A model generated the notes under the pieces. That model had not been told where the DNA came from and searched no databases. It was given only the letters and a program-made list of their open reading frames with translations. A DNA stretch of 64,000 bases. Origin: Candidatus Cloacimonadota bacterium (GTDB taxonomy: Bacteria > Cloacimonadota > Cloacimonadia > G963667145). Below, piece after piece: positions 51,707 through 62,534 of this stretch. The position numbers and the translations under genes were made by a program. The stretch is from positions 1-64,000 of the forward strand of contig OY762940.1 of the NCBI GenBank assembly GCA_963667255.1, written 5' to 3'. The first letter of the stretch is position 1; every line of letters begins with the position of its first letter.

Positions 51707-52783
51707 TTAAAAACTTACCCGACACTTATCGACTTTCTCAACATATTCCAAATCAAACTTCACCATTTTTTTTACAAGTTCTTCAAAACTTGTCTTTCTC
51801 GGATTCCATTTAAGTAAATCTATAGCCTTTTGCGGATTGCCGAGCAAAGTTTCCACCTCTGTTGGTCTGAAATATTTGGGGTCAACCTCTATCAAAACTT
51901 TCCCGCTTGCTTTATCTATACCCTTTTCGTTTACACCAGTTCCTTCCCAAGCCAATTCAATCCCCACTTCTTTGAAAGCCAAATCGCAGAAAGTCCGCAC
52001 CGAATATTGCTCTCCTGTGGCTATCACAAAATCGTCCGCCTGACTATGCTGCAACATCAACCACATACACTCTACATAATCGCCTGCATAACCCCAATCG
52101 CGTTTAGCATCCAAGTTCCCGAGATAAAGTTTCTTTTGCAAACCTTTGGAAATCCTTGATGCTGCCAAAGTGATTTTTCTGGTCACAAAAGTTTCCCCTC
52201 TTCGCTCAGATTCATGATTAAACAAAATCCCATTGCAAGCAAACATTCCATAGGCTTCCCGATAATTTTTAGTAATCCAAAATCCATATTGTTTCGCCAC
52301 AGCATAAGGGCTTCGAGGATAAAAAGGTGTCGTCTCAGACTGAGGAATTTCTTGCACTTTGCCATAGAGTTCACTCGTAGAAGCCTGATAAATCTTCGTT
52401 CTCTCCACCAAACCAAGCAAGCGAACAGCTTCCAAAATCCGAATAGTTCCAATTCCATCAGTATCTGCCGTATATTCGGGAACTTCAAACGAAACTTGCA
52501 CATGTGATTGAGCGGCAAGATTATAAATCTCGTCAGGTTCAACTTGCTTGATGACTCTAATCAAATTGGAAGAGTCCGTCATATCGCCATAAAAAAGAGT
52601 TATCTTCTTCTTCTTGTGCATATCTTCAATCAAATCGTCTATATAAAGATGCTCAATTCTGCCAGTATTAAAAAAAGAAGACCTCCGTATAATTCCGTAA
52701 ACCTCATAACCTTTTTCCAGCAAAAATTCAGCCAAATAAGAGCCATCTTGACCGTTAATTCCAGTAATCAATGCTTTTTTCAT
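51707..52783 (-). CDS. gmd: GDP-mannose 4,6-dehydratase
   Basis: [54 protein letters not shown]. Confidence 0.97.
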   Translation of the reverse strand: MKKALITGINGQDGSYLAEFLLEKGYEVYGIIRRSSFFNTGRIEHLYIDDLIEDMHKKKKITLFYGDMTDSSNLIRVIKQVEPDEIYNLAAQSHVQVSFEVPEYTADTDGIGTIRILEAVRLLGLVERTKIYQASTSELYGKVQEIPQSETTPFYPRSPYAVAKQYGFWITKNYREAYGMFACNGILFNHESERRGETFVTRKITLAASRISKGLQKKLYLGNLDAKRDWGYAGDYVECMWLMLQHSQADDFVIATGEQYSVRTFCDLAFKEVGIELAWEGTGVNEKGIDKASGKVLIEVDPKYFRPTEVETLLGNPQKAIDLLKWNPRKTSFEELVKKMVKFDLEYVEKVDKCRVSF

Positions 52784-52813
52784 TTAAAATTCCTTGTTCT
52801 TTCTTTTAAAAAT

Positions 52814-53833
52814 TTATTTAATTCCTCGGATCAACCAATTAACTGATTTCAAGTTCTCATCCGAAATCTTCTCTCCGGCAGGCACTCGCAAAAATCCCTC
52901 ATTATCAAAAATAGGACCAATAAAAATATCCACCGTTCCCATCTCCATTGTAGTGTTACTAAAAACTCCCATATCGTCTGCGGACAATCGTTCTCTATAT
53001 CTAGAAAGTTTTATACTATTTTCTTTAAATCCATATTCGTAACTTTTTTCAAGTTTGTTGTTACAAAAATCTTCCATCACATTTTTCCAAAGCATTCCAT
53101 AATCACAACTAAAATATGCTAATTGATTCTTCGACTTCTCGCCATAATAGCCGACAAAAGGCAATTTCAAAGAACTTATCATTTCTTCCAACTCTTTATT
53201 CTTTTCCGAGACAAAAATCAAATCAAAATCATTCTCTTTCAATACACTAACTTGCTCAGACAAAAATTGCTCTCCTGCCTTGTTAATCTTTACCCATTTG
53301 GTAGATGCATTTTTATCTATAGATTTTGCTCCCAGCATAAAGGAATTGATGTTTACGAACGCTTCATTGGAAACAGTGTCACTCCCCACATAAGCAAATT
53401 TGTGCGTCTTAGTTGCCAAGCATGCAAAAACTCCAGCTAAATAGTTGATTTCTCTCGAATTAAATCTAACAACAACGGAGTTCTCTCCCAATTTTTTGTT
53501 CGTAAAAAAAGTAGTTCCCTCAAATCGTTTAACGAGTTTCTCCGAGAATTGAAAGTCATCCACCAAAAAAACAGGATTGTATCCTACGACCGCCATCTGC
53601 CCTACAATTTCATACATCTCTTCATTATCGGGAACAACAGCAAACCCAGGGACATCAACAAACTCTATCTCACTAACATTATAAACAGCAAACAAATACT
53701 CCGACGGGCAACTATCCAAAACCACACTTCCGCCTCTAAAGATGAAAGCAGGTTTGATTTTATCAGCCTTCGCTTCTTCCTCATGACAAGCAAAAATAAA
53801 CAGCACCAACAACAAATAAATATATTTTTTCAC
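52814..53833 (-). CDS. BMP-family-like lipoprotein (divergent)
   Basis: Lipobox IFAC, YLAGVFA, NSFMLGA, IFIGPIFDNEG.LRVPAGE, NWLIRGI. Confidence 0.7.
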   Translation of the reverse strand: MKKYIYLLLVLFIFACHEEEAKADKIKPAFIFRGGSVVLDSCPSEYLFAVYNVSEIEFVDVPGFAVVPDNEEMYEIVGQMAVVGYNPVFLVDDFQFSEKLVKRFEGTTFFTNKKLGENSVVVRFNSREINYLAGVFACLATKTHKFAYVGSDTVSNEAFVNINSFMLGAKSIDKNASTKWVKINKAGEQFLSEQVSVLKENDFDLIFVSEKNKELEEMISSLKLPFVGYYGEKSKNQLAYFSCDYGMLWKNVMEDFCNNKLEKSYEYGFKENSIKLSRYRERLSADDMGVFSNTTMEMGTVDIFIGPIFDNEGFLRVPAGEKISDENLKSVNWLIRGIK

Positions 53834-53850
53834 TTCATTTTACCTAATAG

Positions 53851-54961
53851 GGGAGCGTGCATTTAATTGGGTCTAATTTCCACTCCTTTTGAATAATTAT
53901 TGAACCAAATTTTCAAAAAATGATTCATATTTTTTTCAGATTTAAATCCGTCTAAATTTTTTAATTTCCTATTCAATTGTCGATTAATATTTTCAATTTT
54001 ATTTGTTGTTTTATCCAAAAAATCGTAATGAAAATGAGCAGTTAATAAACCAAAGTTTCGATTAATTGATTTAATAAAACGCTTATGAATTTTTAGGCGA
54101 AAAAATTTTTCATAGTGATTAAGCGAACTTAAATTATTTTCAGCTTCTTGTAAAGTTTCAGCATTTAAAATGCTCTTAATCAAGTTCTTAAAGAAAATAT
54201 TTCGTCTAAAAAACTTACTCTTTTTTGTTTTAGGAACATTGATATTAACGCTTCTTAAATAATGAACCAAGCAAATTTGATGTGGAACATCTTCAAAAAG
54301 TTGGTTAACTGGCTTAACAAAGCACTTCCCTCGCCCAAAATCTGACACAATCCCAATTATTTTGTTGTCATACATTTTTTTTAGTCTATTCAAAAAGTCT
54401 TCAGATGAACTACTATGTTCTCTATCATAAATCTTGTAATATATTGGTTTATCAAGTAGTTTGCTACTGGCGACTAAGACAACTTTTCGCTTACCGTTTA
54501 TCTTAATTTCCTTGCCATCAATATAAATTGTTGTCTCATCTATATTGCTGTGTAACACATTATCCTGATATAAATTAGCTCGCTGAGGTATCCAATTAAG
54601 AGTACTATTTTTACAAATCCCATGTCTTTTAGCAACTTCAGAAAGAGAACTTTTGGTTGAAATATAGTCAGTAACAACCTTATCTTTGAATTTTGGTGCA
54701 AAATGAGTTCTCTTATTATATCCAAAATTGGTAAAACTTATTTGGCAATCTTTACAATAAAATCGTTGAGTTTTGACTTTAATTTTCCCACGATTAGTTG
54801 TTCTTTCAGAGAAAATATATCCCTTCTTTTTTGTGTTTAAGCTATCACAATTTGGACAGCGTTTTTTTTGATTATACTCATGGCATTTTAATAAATGTTC
54901 ATAACTTATTCTGTCAAACATAATTAGGTCTTATTTCAGACCCAGTTATTTGCACACTCCC
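53851..54961 (-). mobile_element. Second, near-identical copy of the 1111-bp IS256-like element (CDS 53863-54921)
   Basis: Same IRs; 8-bp TSD CCTAATAG, which includes the upstream gene's stop codon. Protein differs at 2 residues. Confidence 0.93.
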
Positions 54962-54962
54962 C

Positions 54963-57536
54963 CTAATAGTATTTAATCATAACTTGCTGAGAATAGTCAT
55001 CGAGCCAAATATCGCACAATTTATCCAACTCCTGAGCCAAATACTCATCCTTCTTCTCAGCATACTCTTTTTTGGAAAGAATCTCTTTCAAGTCAACCCT
55101 ATACACCAAATATTTCCCGCAAGACAAATAAATCGCAGGTCTAAACGAGCCCAAATCACCCTGCATTGCAAGACGAAAAATTTGCAAATTCTCTTCATCG
55201 GTTGTCCATGGCAATTTATTATCAGGAGAAAAATTTTGCAATGTTTTTATGCCGCCTAAATACGACAAAAATTCCTGAGAAGAATAATCTCCTTGATTCA
55301 AATTATTAACAAAAATTTTCAGAAACTCTTCGGCATTTTCCTCTTTCTTTTCGTTTTCAATTTGAACAATTATCTCCGACTTCACTTCCTCAAAAGGCAA
55401 CACAGCAGATTTATAGATTTTATCCAAAAAGAACACTGCATAACCATCACTGTTTTGGACTATTTTATTATATTTTTTGTGAGCATACATCTTCATAAAA
55501 TCACCCTCATAAGATAGTAAATTCCCCACGAGGGCAAAAGGCTCAGTGATTGGTTGAAACTCTGTTTTGAAATAATATGGAGAATCTGTATAACTTTTGA
55601 GATTGCCATACCATTGAAGTTTACTGTCAAACTCATCGATTTTCGCTTTGGCAAGTTTTTCTTGGGTCATACTCTTCAACTTCTTTTTAATCATCTCTTT
55701 GGCATCTTCCACACTAAGATAATTATCAGTAAAATTTTGCCCTTTTTTCAGAAAAAACCAACCCGATTTATAATAGAACGGCTTACCAATTTCTCCATTA
55801 TTTAAGGAGTTAAGCTCTTTTTTGAAAATCTCGTCTATTTTGGAATAGTTTAAAAATTCGTCGTCCAAGCCTGAAAATTTCTCGCCAAAACACTCCCCAA
55901 CATAAGAAAAATTGTCCTCATTCAAAAAATCAGTCAAATAATCCACAAGTTTGCTATTAACTTTCAATTTGTCCTGAATATAAATATACTCAAAATTCTG
56001 TTTTCCCGTTGTAGAGAATTTAGCTCGATTCATCAAATAGTAATTTTCGACATCCACATCCGTAAATTGCAAAGAATCAAAATCACTAAATTTCACAAAA
56101 ACGCCACTGATTGCCACTTGCATAGGTCTCTGAAATTTGCTGTAATATTTTTCGTAATACTTCTGCAAATCATGCTTTTTTTGCTTCAGTTTATCCACCT
56201 GCAAATTGTCATAGAGATAATTTTTAGCCTGCTCAAAATTCGGCAAAAAAGTAGGTTCATAGGTTAACACATTGTAGTGGCAAATTTCATCATCAAGCTC
56301 AAAACTCCCATATAAAAAACCGCTATTTATCTTCTCTCTAAGTTTCGCTGCTAAAAGATTTTCATCTGTAATATAACGATTGAGAAAAAGATAAATTGTA
56401 GTATCTTTTTTTACCTTAGCCAAGAGTTCATCTTTAAGCTCTTTTGTTCCCAAATCAAGCTTTTGCAAATAATTAAGACTATCAGGATTAAAAAATTCTA
56501 CCTTCACGCCGACCCGTTTGGCAGTGAGAGAAAACAAACTATCTTTGAAATAAGATTTGTAAGGATTAGCATCTTCCTTGCTCTCAAGATTTTCCCAAGA
56601 AATGTAATCCCTGATGACTTTTTCACAATCGCCCTTATCGGACAAGTAGTTCACATACTCTTTCCCATCTTTTTTAATCAGCAAAAATCCATTGGGAACT
56701 TCGTAGAGAAAGCACTTTTTATCGCTGTTAAAAATAGGCTTCAAATCTATCTCGTCAAATAAAGCTATTTTTTGGTCTTTCCTGAGATAATCGGTTTCAA
56801 AGATTGTTCTGTCTGGCGGAATATCGTCTTCCCAAGCGTTTCGCAAATCTTCCGCCAATTGTTTGGTCGTCTTTTTTTTATAATCAACCAAATCAAACTG
56901 ATTGTTGGGAAATAGAAAACTCAAATCGTAATTGAAGCCTTTTTCGTCGTCCATAATAAGAGTGTATTTGAATTTGATTTTCTCCAACTTATCAAAAAAT
57001 CCATACTTTTTGCTGGCAAATTTTTGCAAATCCAAGTAAGTAAAATGCTCGGGCAAGTCGAAAAGGTCTCTGTCCGCAATAAAATAAGAGATATCTATTC
57101 GGGAATTTTCAAACAAAAATCTCTGAAAAATCTTCTTCTTGTCAATCTCCAAATTCTCCTTGATATACTCTCTCGCCTTCATTGTTAACAAGTGAGATTT
57201 GACATGCTCCAAATCTTTTGATTTCTCCGCTCTCATCTTGCTCACGGCATCCAAAGTCACAGATTGGTTGAGTTCATTCCGATAAAATTGCACAATCTCC
57301 TGATCCGCAACTTTAATCTCTTTTTCTTTGGCATAATCCAGAAGAAGCTGCTGCCTAATCAATCCATCCAAACCTCTGACCTCATCAGTCAAAGATTCGT
57401 TACGCATATATTCGCTCAATTGACCTTTGGTAATAAAACTTTTACCAACTCGAACCAAAACCTCATCCGAAAAAAGATGGGCTATTACAAAAACCAAAAA
57501 CAAGAAGCTACAGACACTTTTTTTCATATTAAACAA
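54963..57536 (-). CDS. Large exported SurA/PpiD-like chaperone (degenerate PPIase repeats)
   Basis: Signal peptide, SurA-N-like start (VRVG..FIT...LIRQQLL.DYA), repeated parvulin-like ends (GEIGKPF..SGWF, SDGYAVF, PFEEVK). Confidence 0.6.
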   Translation of the reverse strand: MFNMKKSVCSFLFLVFVIAHLFSDEVLVRVGKSFITKGQLSEYMRNESLTDEVRGLDGLIRQQLLLDYAKEKEIKVADQEIVQFYRNELNQSVTLDAVSKMRAEKSKDLEHVKSHLLTMKAREYIKENLEIDKKKIFQRFLFENSRIDISYFIADRDLFDLPEHFTYLDLQKFASKKYGFFDKLEKIKFKYTLIMDDEKGFNYDLSFLFPNNQFDLVDYKKKTTKQLAEDLRNAWEDDIPPDRTIFETDYLRKDQKIALFDEIDLKPIFNSDKKCFLYEVPNGFLLIKKDGKEYVNYLSDKGDCEKVIRDYISWENLESKEDANPYKSYFKDSLFSLTAKRVGVKVEFFNPDSLNYLQKLDLGTKELKDELLAKVKKDTTIYLFLNRYITDENLLAAKLREKINSGFLYGSFELDDEICHYNVLTYEPTFLPNFEQAKNYLYDNLQVDKLKQKKHDLQKYYEKYYSKFQRPMQVAISGVFVKFSDFDSLQFTDVDVENYYLMNRAKFSTTGKQNFEYIYIQDKLKVNSKLVDYLTDFLNEDNFSYVGECFGEKFSGLDDEFLNYSKIDEIFKKELNSLNNGEIGKPFYYKSGWFFLKKGQNFTDNYLSVEDAKEMIKKKLKSMTQEKLAKAKIDEFDSKLQWYGNLKSYTDSPYYFKTEFQPITEPFALVGNLLSYEGDFMKMYAHKKYNKIVQNSDGYAVFFLDKIYKSAVLPFEEVKSEIIVQIENEKKEENAEEFLKIFVNNLNQGDYSSQEFLSYLGGIKTLQNFSPDNKLPWTTDEENLQIFRLAMQGDLGSFRPAIYLSCGKYLVYRVDLKEILSKKEYAEKKDEYLAQELDKLCDIWLDDYSQQVMIKYY

Positions 57537-58633
57537 TAAAAACTATTAACTCCTACCTCTATCGCCTTGCTGTCGGGCAAAAATCTGCCATTGTGCAAAC
57601 CAAACTCCTGAACTCCTACACCAAGCCAAAACAAAAGCCCTGGATATTGCAAAGACAAAGCACCAAAATCCTCGGCTGTGTAATCAACTCCCGCTTCTAT
57701 AAATTCAATTCCTTTAGGTAGTTTACTGACGAATTTGTCAAAAAGTTTTTGATTGTTAATGACCTCACTCGTAGTTGCCCCGAATTTGAGATTAATTTTC
57801 ACACCAAATTCGCTCTCTATGGAAGCAGCTACTCCCTTCAATTGCACATTAAGCTCTTCCCTGCATTCCTTTGTCAGAGAGCGATGAGTTCCCTTAACCA
57901 AAGCAAAATCGGACACAACATTACGAATAACTCCCGACTTAAATTCGCCGACACAAACTCTGTTCGTCCCATTTTTCAGAAGTTGCAATTTTCTCACCAA
58001 TTCGCATCCTGCCAGCAAAGCATCCTTGCCAAGTTGAGGCTTCGCAGCGTGAGCACTTTTGCCCTCAATCTCAAAATCAAACTCCTGAGCAGTAGCAAAA
58101 ATCGTCCCCGATTTACACACAACCTGACCGATCTCATATTCCGGACTAACATGCAAGGCTACCACAGACTCAATCTTGTATTTATCCAAAAGTCCGCTCT
58201 CAAGGAAAAATTTTGCTCCCAATCCCAGCTCCTCTGCCGGTTGGAAAAGAAAAAGCAAATTCGCTTTTACATTGTCAGCAACAACCTTGTCAATCAAGCC
58301 AAGCAGAATGCTCATATGCATATCGTGCCCACACGCATGCATCCAGCCACTATTAGCCGAAGCAAAATCAACTCCGGTTTTTTCCTCAACAGGCAAAGCA
58401 TCCATATCGGCACGGAACAATTTGTATGCTCCCGAACCACAAGAATATTCAACCAAAATTCCTGTTTTCAAGGGAACAATTTGCAGACACGCAAACTCTT
58501 TTAATATATTCAGAATATACTTTTGTGTAGAAAACTCTTTCAATCCCTCTTCGGGAATTTTATGCAAATCTTCTCTAATTTTAATAAGATTAATTTCAAA
58601 CTCCAAATAGTTAACTGCTTTTCCCCATTCCAT
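57524..58633 (-). CDS. M20D amidohydrolase (N-acetyl-diaminopimelate deacetylase-like)
   Basis: LHKIPE, FRADMDALP, MHACGHDMH, FQPAEE, AEDF, GLH. Confidence 0.88.
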   Translation of the reverse strand: MEWGKAVNYLEFEINLIKIREDLHKIPEEGLKEFSTQKYILNILKEFACLQIVPLKTGILVEYSCGSGAYKLFRADMDALPVEEKTGVDFASANSGWMHACGHDMHMSILLGLIDKVVADNVKANLLFLFQPAEELGLGAKFFLESGLLDKYKIESVVALHVSPEYEIGQVVCKSGTIFATAQEFDFEIEGKSAHAAKPQLGKDALLAGCELVRKLQLLKNGTNRVCVGEFKSGVIRNVVSDFALVKGTHRSLTKECREELNVQLKGVAASIESEFGVKINLKFGATTSEVINNQKLFDKFVSKLPKGIEFIEAGVDYTAEDFGALSLQYPGLLFWLGVGVQEFGLHNGRFLPDSKAIEVGVNSFYCLI

Positions 58634-58961
58634 TTACAATCACAAAACAATGCATAATAGAAGGAGCTAAAGGTAAAAAATTCACAAAAGGCACCAAATC
58701 AAAAAAAAGTGCAAATTGGGCGAAAACTATCAAGTATCCTTTCCCTATCATTTCTCCGCGAATTTTCGCCAAGACAATCAAAATCAGCAAAGAAAAAAGA
58801 TGTAACCAAAAATAAAAGTTCGTTCCGGACATCATATAGGAAAAAACAGAATTCGAACCGTAAATAGGCAAAATGTAAGTGGGAGCAACAAACAATAAAT
58901 ACAACAAAATAAATCCCCGTGAAGTTGACAAAATTTGCTTGATACTTTTTAAGAAATTCAC
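58611..58961 (-). CDS. Small membrane protein
   Basis: Three hydrophobic segments; fills the gap between rho and the amidohydrolase. Confidence 0.6.
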   Translation of the reverse strand: MNFLKSIKQILSTSRGFILLYLLFVAPTYILPIYGSNSVFSYMMSGTNFYFWLHLFSLLILIVLAKIRGEMIGKGYLIVFAQFALFFDLVPFVNFLPLAPSIMHCFVIVNGMGKSS

Positions 58962-59019
58962 ACCATTTTCTCCTTCATGACTACTATTTCAAAATTAACA
59001 CTTCCACCTTTTGATGCGA

Positions 59020-60354
59020 CTAACTGTTCATTTTTTCCAAAAACTCTTCGTTATCTCTGGTCGCCTCAATATTTTGCATAATAGTTTGCAGACCTTTGCC
59101 CAAATTCTCGCTCGCTCCCAGATATCTGCGAATAATGTAAGTCTTGTTCTTTTCCGTTTCGCTCAGGAGCAATTCTTCCTTTCTTGTGCTGGATTTCACC
59201 AAGTCAATCGCAGGAAAAATTCTGGATTCTGCCAAAGACCTATCCAAATTCAACTCCATATTTCCTGTGCCTTTGAACTCCTCGAAAATAACCTGATCCA
59301 TCTTGGAGCCAGTATCCACCAACGCCGTAGCCAAGATAGTCAGACTTCCCTTACCATTGATATTCCGAGCAGCTCCGAAAAACTTTTTGGGATAATGAAG
59401 AGCTCCAACATCGATACCACCGGAGAGAGTCTTGCCACTTGAGGGAATCTCGTTGTTGTAAGCTCTCGCCAAGCGAGTGATGCTATCCAACATAATTATC
59501 ACATCTTGTCCAAACTCCACCATTCGTTTTGCCTTTTCTATCACCATCTCGGCAACTTTGATATGATTGGACGATTTTTCATCAAAAGTGGAAGCAATAA
59601 CCTCCGAATTTTCTGGAATAAGATTTTCCTTCATATCGGTAACCTCTTCCGGTCGCTCATCTATCAAAAGCACAATCATATAGGCATCGTTATAGCGTAA
59701 AATCGTATTGGCAACTTTTTGCAAAAGCACGGTCTTTCCAGTTTTAGGAGCTGCAACTATCAAGCCTCTTTGCCCTTTGCCAACAGGAGTAAACAGAGAA
59801 ATCATTCTACCGGCAACATTATCAAATGGCTGGTCTGTAACAAATCTTTCGTTGGGAAAATGAGGAATAAGTTTCTCAAATTTCATACTATTTCTAACTT
59901 TCTCTAGAGAAAATCCGTTAACATTCTCTATCCGAATAAGAGCAGAATACTTGTCCCGCTGCCTATTTGGTCTGCAAACACCGGAAACCATATGCCCTTT
60001 TTTCAGCCCATATTTGCGAATTTGAGATTGAGAAACATAGACATCGGTGTCACTCTGCAGATAGTTATTCTCCTGCCAACGCAAAAATCCATATCCATCC
60101 GCCATAATGTCCAAACAACCGCAAACATGCCGTTCGCCCTCACTCTTGGTGTGACTCTCATTCTTCTCTTTTTGCGTGCTTTCCTTGGAAGAAAGATTTT
60201 CATCATCATCCATAGCACTCAGGGCAAGAGATTCCGCCTTTGCTATCTGCTCCAAAAGTTCCGTCTTTTTCTTAGCAGGCTTTTCTATCCCCAGCAGTTC
60301 TGCTCTCGCCAAAAGCTCTTTCACTTTTAACTGTTTCAAACTCTCTATACTCAT
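59020..60354 (-). CDS. rho: Transcription termination factor Rho
   Basis: [67 protein letters not shown]. Confidence 0.98.
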   Translation of the reverse strand: MSIESLKQLKVKELLARAELLGIEKPAKKKTELLEQIAKAESLALSAMDDDENLSSKESTQKEKNESHTKSEGERHVCGCLDIMADGYGFLRWQENNYLQSDTDVYVSQSQIRKYGLKKGHMVSGVCRPNRQRDKYSALIRIENVNGFSLEKVRNSMKFEKLIPHFPNERFVTDQPFDNVAGRMISLFTPVGKGQRGLIVAAPKTGKTVLLQKVANTILRYNDAYMIVLLIDERPEEVTDMKENLIPENSEVIASTFDEKSSNHIKVAEMVIEKAKRMVEFGQDVIIMLDSITRLARAYNNEIPSSGKTLSGGIDVGALHYPKKFFGAARNINGKGSLTILATALVDTGSKMDQVIFEEFKGTGNMELNLDRSLAESRIFPAIDLVKSSTRKEELLLSETEKNKTYIIRRYLGASENLGKGLQTIMQNIEATRDNEEFLEKMNS

Positions 60355-60520
60355 ATTGTCGTTATCTCCAAAATTATTTGCTTAAATTTTTTAATTACTT
60401 CTAAATAAACTAGAAAAACATTGAACAATCCTTCACAATAACAAATCAAAGATTACCCAATATTTCCGTGAACAAGATTATATAATTATTAACAAGAATT
60501 ACAATCAAACCAAGTCGGCA

Positions 60521-60561
60521 AAAAAAATAGCAAGGTGGCAATTTGGAATAAACTGCCACCC
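60521..60561 (-). terminator. Intrinsic terminator after serC
   Basis: GGTGGCA...TGCCACC stem followed by a T-run on the minus strand. Confidence 0.6.
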
Positions 60562-60572
60562 AAAAAATAAAA

Positions 60573-61652
60573 CTACTTATTATTACTTTCGAATTTTTTC
60601 ATGAAATCAATCAAGAAATCAACACTCTTCATAGGCATAGCGTTGTAGAAAGAGGCTCTACATCCACCTACTGATCTGTGACCCTTTAGAGACAACATAT
60701 TAAGCTTTCCGGCTTCTGCCAAGAATTGTTTTTCCAACTCTTCTGAAGGCAATCTGAAAGGAATATTCATCAAAGAACGGTCTTCCTCTACCACAGTTCC
60801 TCTATAGAAATCGGAGCTATCCAACAAATTGTATAATTTGCCAGCTTTCTCTTTGTTAATCTCATGAACGCCTGCAAGTCCGCCGTTGCTCTCTATCCAC
60901 TTGAGCACCAAACCAACTACATAGATAGTGAAAGCAGGAGGAGTGTTGAACATAGAATCTTTGCTGATGTGAACATTATAATCCATCATCGTGGAAAGAC
61001 CCTTGTTGCCACTCTCGGCAAAAGAGTTTTTGATAGCAGCCAAAACAGCTCCGGCAGGTCCCAAATTCTTTTGAACTCCGGCATAAATCAAATCGCACTT
61101 CTTGAAATCATACTCTCTGGAAAGCATATTGGAAGACATATCGGCAACCAACGGAACAGCAACATTCGGAAGCTCTTTGTATTCTGAGCCTCTGATAGTG
61201 TTGTTGGTAGTGATGTGCAAATATTTGGCATCAGCAGGCACGCCACTCAAATCTTTTGGAATGTAAGTAAAATCTTTGTCCTCGCTGCTGGCAACCACAT
61301 TGACTTTTAATCCCAAAATTTTAGCCTCTTTGATAGCAGCTGTAGACCATGCTCCTGTGTTCACATAGCAACAATCTTTTTCTTTGCTTCCAAAATTCAA
61401 GGCTGTCATCAAGAACTGTGTGGACGCTCCACCTTGCAAATAAAGGATGGTGTAATCGTCGCCCAATCCCATAAGCCTTCTGGCTCTGTCCATCGCATCG
61501 TCGATAATCGCTTGGTAATTTGCAGAGCGATGACTCATCTCCATCACGGACAAACCTTTTCCCTTGTATGAAACAAGGTCTCTTTGAACTTCCTCCAGCA
61601 CCTCCATAGGGAGAACGGCTGGACCGGCACTAAAATTATGAACTCTATCCAT
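60573..61652 (-). CDS. serC: Phosphoserine aminotransferase
   Basis: NFSAGPA, SVMEMSHRS, QGGASTQF, DMSS, QKNLGPAG, NTPP, KGHRSVGGCRAS. Confidence 0.97.
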   Translation of the reverse strand: MDRVHNFSAGPAVLPMEVLEEVQRDLVSYKGKGLSVMEMSHRSANYQAIIDDAMDRARRLMGLGDDYTILYLQGGASTQFLMTALNFGSKEKDCCYVNTGAWSTAAIKEAKILGLKVNVVASSEDKDFTYIPKDLSGVPADAKYLHITTNNTIRGSEYKELPNVAVPLVADMSSNMLSREYDFKKCDLIYAGVQKNLGPAGAVLAAIKNSFAESGNKGLSTMMDYNVHISKDSMFNTPPAFTIYVVGLVLKWIESNGGLAGVHEINKEKAGKLYNLLDSSDFYRGTVVEEDRSLMNIPFRLPSEELEKQFLAEAGKLNMLSLKGHRSVGGCRASFYNAMPMKSVDFLIDFMKKFESNNK

Positions 61653-61698
61653 AATTCCTCCAAGAAATATAATTAAATTTGTTTTGAAAAAAAAGAAA

Positions 61699-61774
61699 TG
61701 GGGTGGCTGATGGGACTCGAACCCACGACAACCAGAACCACAATCTGGCGCTCTACCACTGAACTACAGCCACC
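61699..61774 (-). tRNA. tRNA-His (GTG)
   Basis: GGTGGCTGTAGTTCAGTGGTAGAGCGCCAGATTGTGGTTCTGGTTGTCGTGGGTTCGAGTCCCATCAGCCACCCCA: cloverleaf, G-1 and encoded CCA. Confidence 0.97.
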
Positions 61775-61885
61775 ATTCATCAGTAATATTCACCAAAGAT
61801 AAAGGGGGTTCTTTTTTGTCAAACTCTTTTTGTGGGTCAGTGAGAATGTTGGGCTTGAGATAGATATTCAGTATGCATGACAGGA

Positions 61886-61919
61886 CTCGTTCCCAAGCTC
61901 CGGCTTGGGAATGCATACG
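61886..61919. repeat. REP-like palindrome (copy 1)
   Basis: CTCGTTCCCAAGCTCCGGCTTGGGAATGCATACG; inverted copy at 63816-63878. Confidence 0.8.
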
Positions 61920-61981
61920 CGACAAAGCGGATAATAGTTTTTCTGCCTCTTCTCTTTCTTATTAGTTCTCTTACAGAGGGT

Positions 61982-62019
61982 CTCCATCTTTTCTTTGACC
62001 GCTCAAAGAAAAGATAGAG
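61982..62019. repeat. Intergenic hairpin
   Basis: CTCCATCTTTTCTTTGA-CCGC-TCAAAGAAAAGATAGAG; 17-bp arms with one mismatch. Confidence 0.7.
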
Positions 62020-62280
62020 GAGAAAAGAAAACCGCTCTGACACATAGTAGCAGTCGTTGCGAGTCGCCAGTACAGAAACAAGTCCAGCGTGCTCCCGTGT
62101 ACTCTTTAAGCATTGCTATCTGTTTGGATTTGCTTTGCAGATTACAGAGATATATTTAAGACTGCTCCTAAAGGTGTCCAGAGTTTTGCCTCCCCTGCCC
62201 CACCAAGCAACTGCTTGATTCCTCTGCCAAACCCAAAAACAACCTCGTCAAAGCATGTTTGGGCTTCTTGCTTCTCTACC

Positions 62281-62306
62281 CTCATGCCTGCGGAAGCAGG
62301 TATCCA
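62281..62306. repeat. Short REP-like palindrome
   Basis: CTCATGCCTGCGGAAGCAGGTATCCA resembles the widespread GTCATTCCCGCG..GCGGGAATCCA repeat type. Confidence 0.6.
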
Positions 62307-62425
62307 TTCTTGGCTCGTTTCTTTGTCCTGTCCTACTCCACCGTGGTCAAGCACAACTATTTATAATTGTGCTTGGTGCTTTTGTGCTTGAGAGGGCGGT
62401 GGGTGGGTGCAAGGACAGGCGGGAC

Positions 62426-62466
62426 AAAAAAAACACAGGCGAGTTACCAACTCGCCTGTGTTCCGT
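62426..62466 (-). terminator. Intrinsic terminator of the FGE-sulfatase lipoprotein gene
   Basis: AACACAGGCGAGTT-GGT-AACTCGCCTGTGTT followed by a T-run. Confidence 0.88.
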
Positions 62467-62534
62467 ATCTTTTCATTTTTCATTTTTATCTTTTATTTGA
62501 TTTGCTCTGCCACAGAGCAAATCCTTCTCACACT

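Noticed and set aside
1822..52783. Integron-like cassette array or invertible shufflon explaining the stubs
   Set aside because: No recombinase, no shared attC-like repeat and no inverted gene segments; each duplicated stub is different.
57749..58504. Long plus-strand ORFs opposite the amidohydrolase (also 32599-33183 and 62367-62864)
   Set aside because: Antisense to well-supported genes and without recognisable motifs.
60130..60240. Charged insertion in the Rho N-terminus
   Set aside because: N-terminal insertions are common in Rho, and this one is short.
61699..61774. tRNA-His as an integration site for an island or prophage
   Set aside because: No integrase and no duplicated tRNA 3' end are visible; serC follows directly.
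62113..62354. Short ORFs, including a frame with WQRN...YI...NP faintly like a RAYT C-terminus
   Set aside because: Similarity is too weak, with no HUH motif or credible start.
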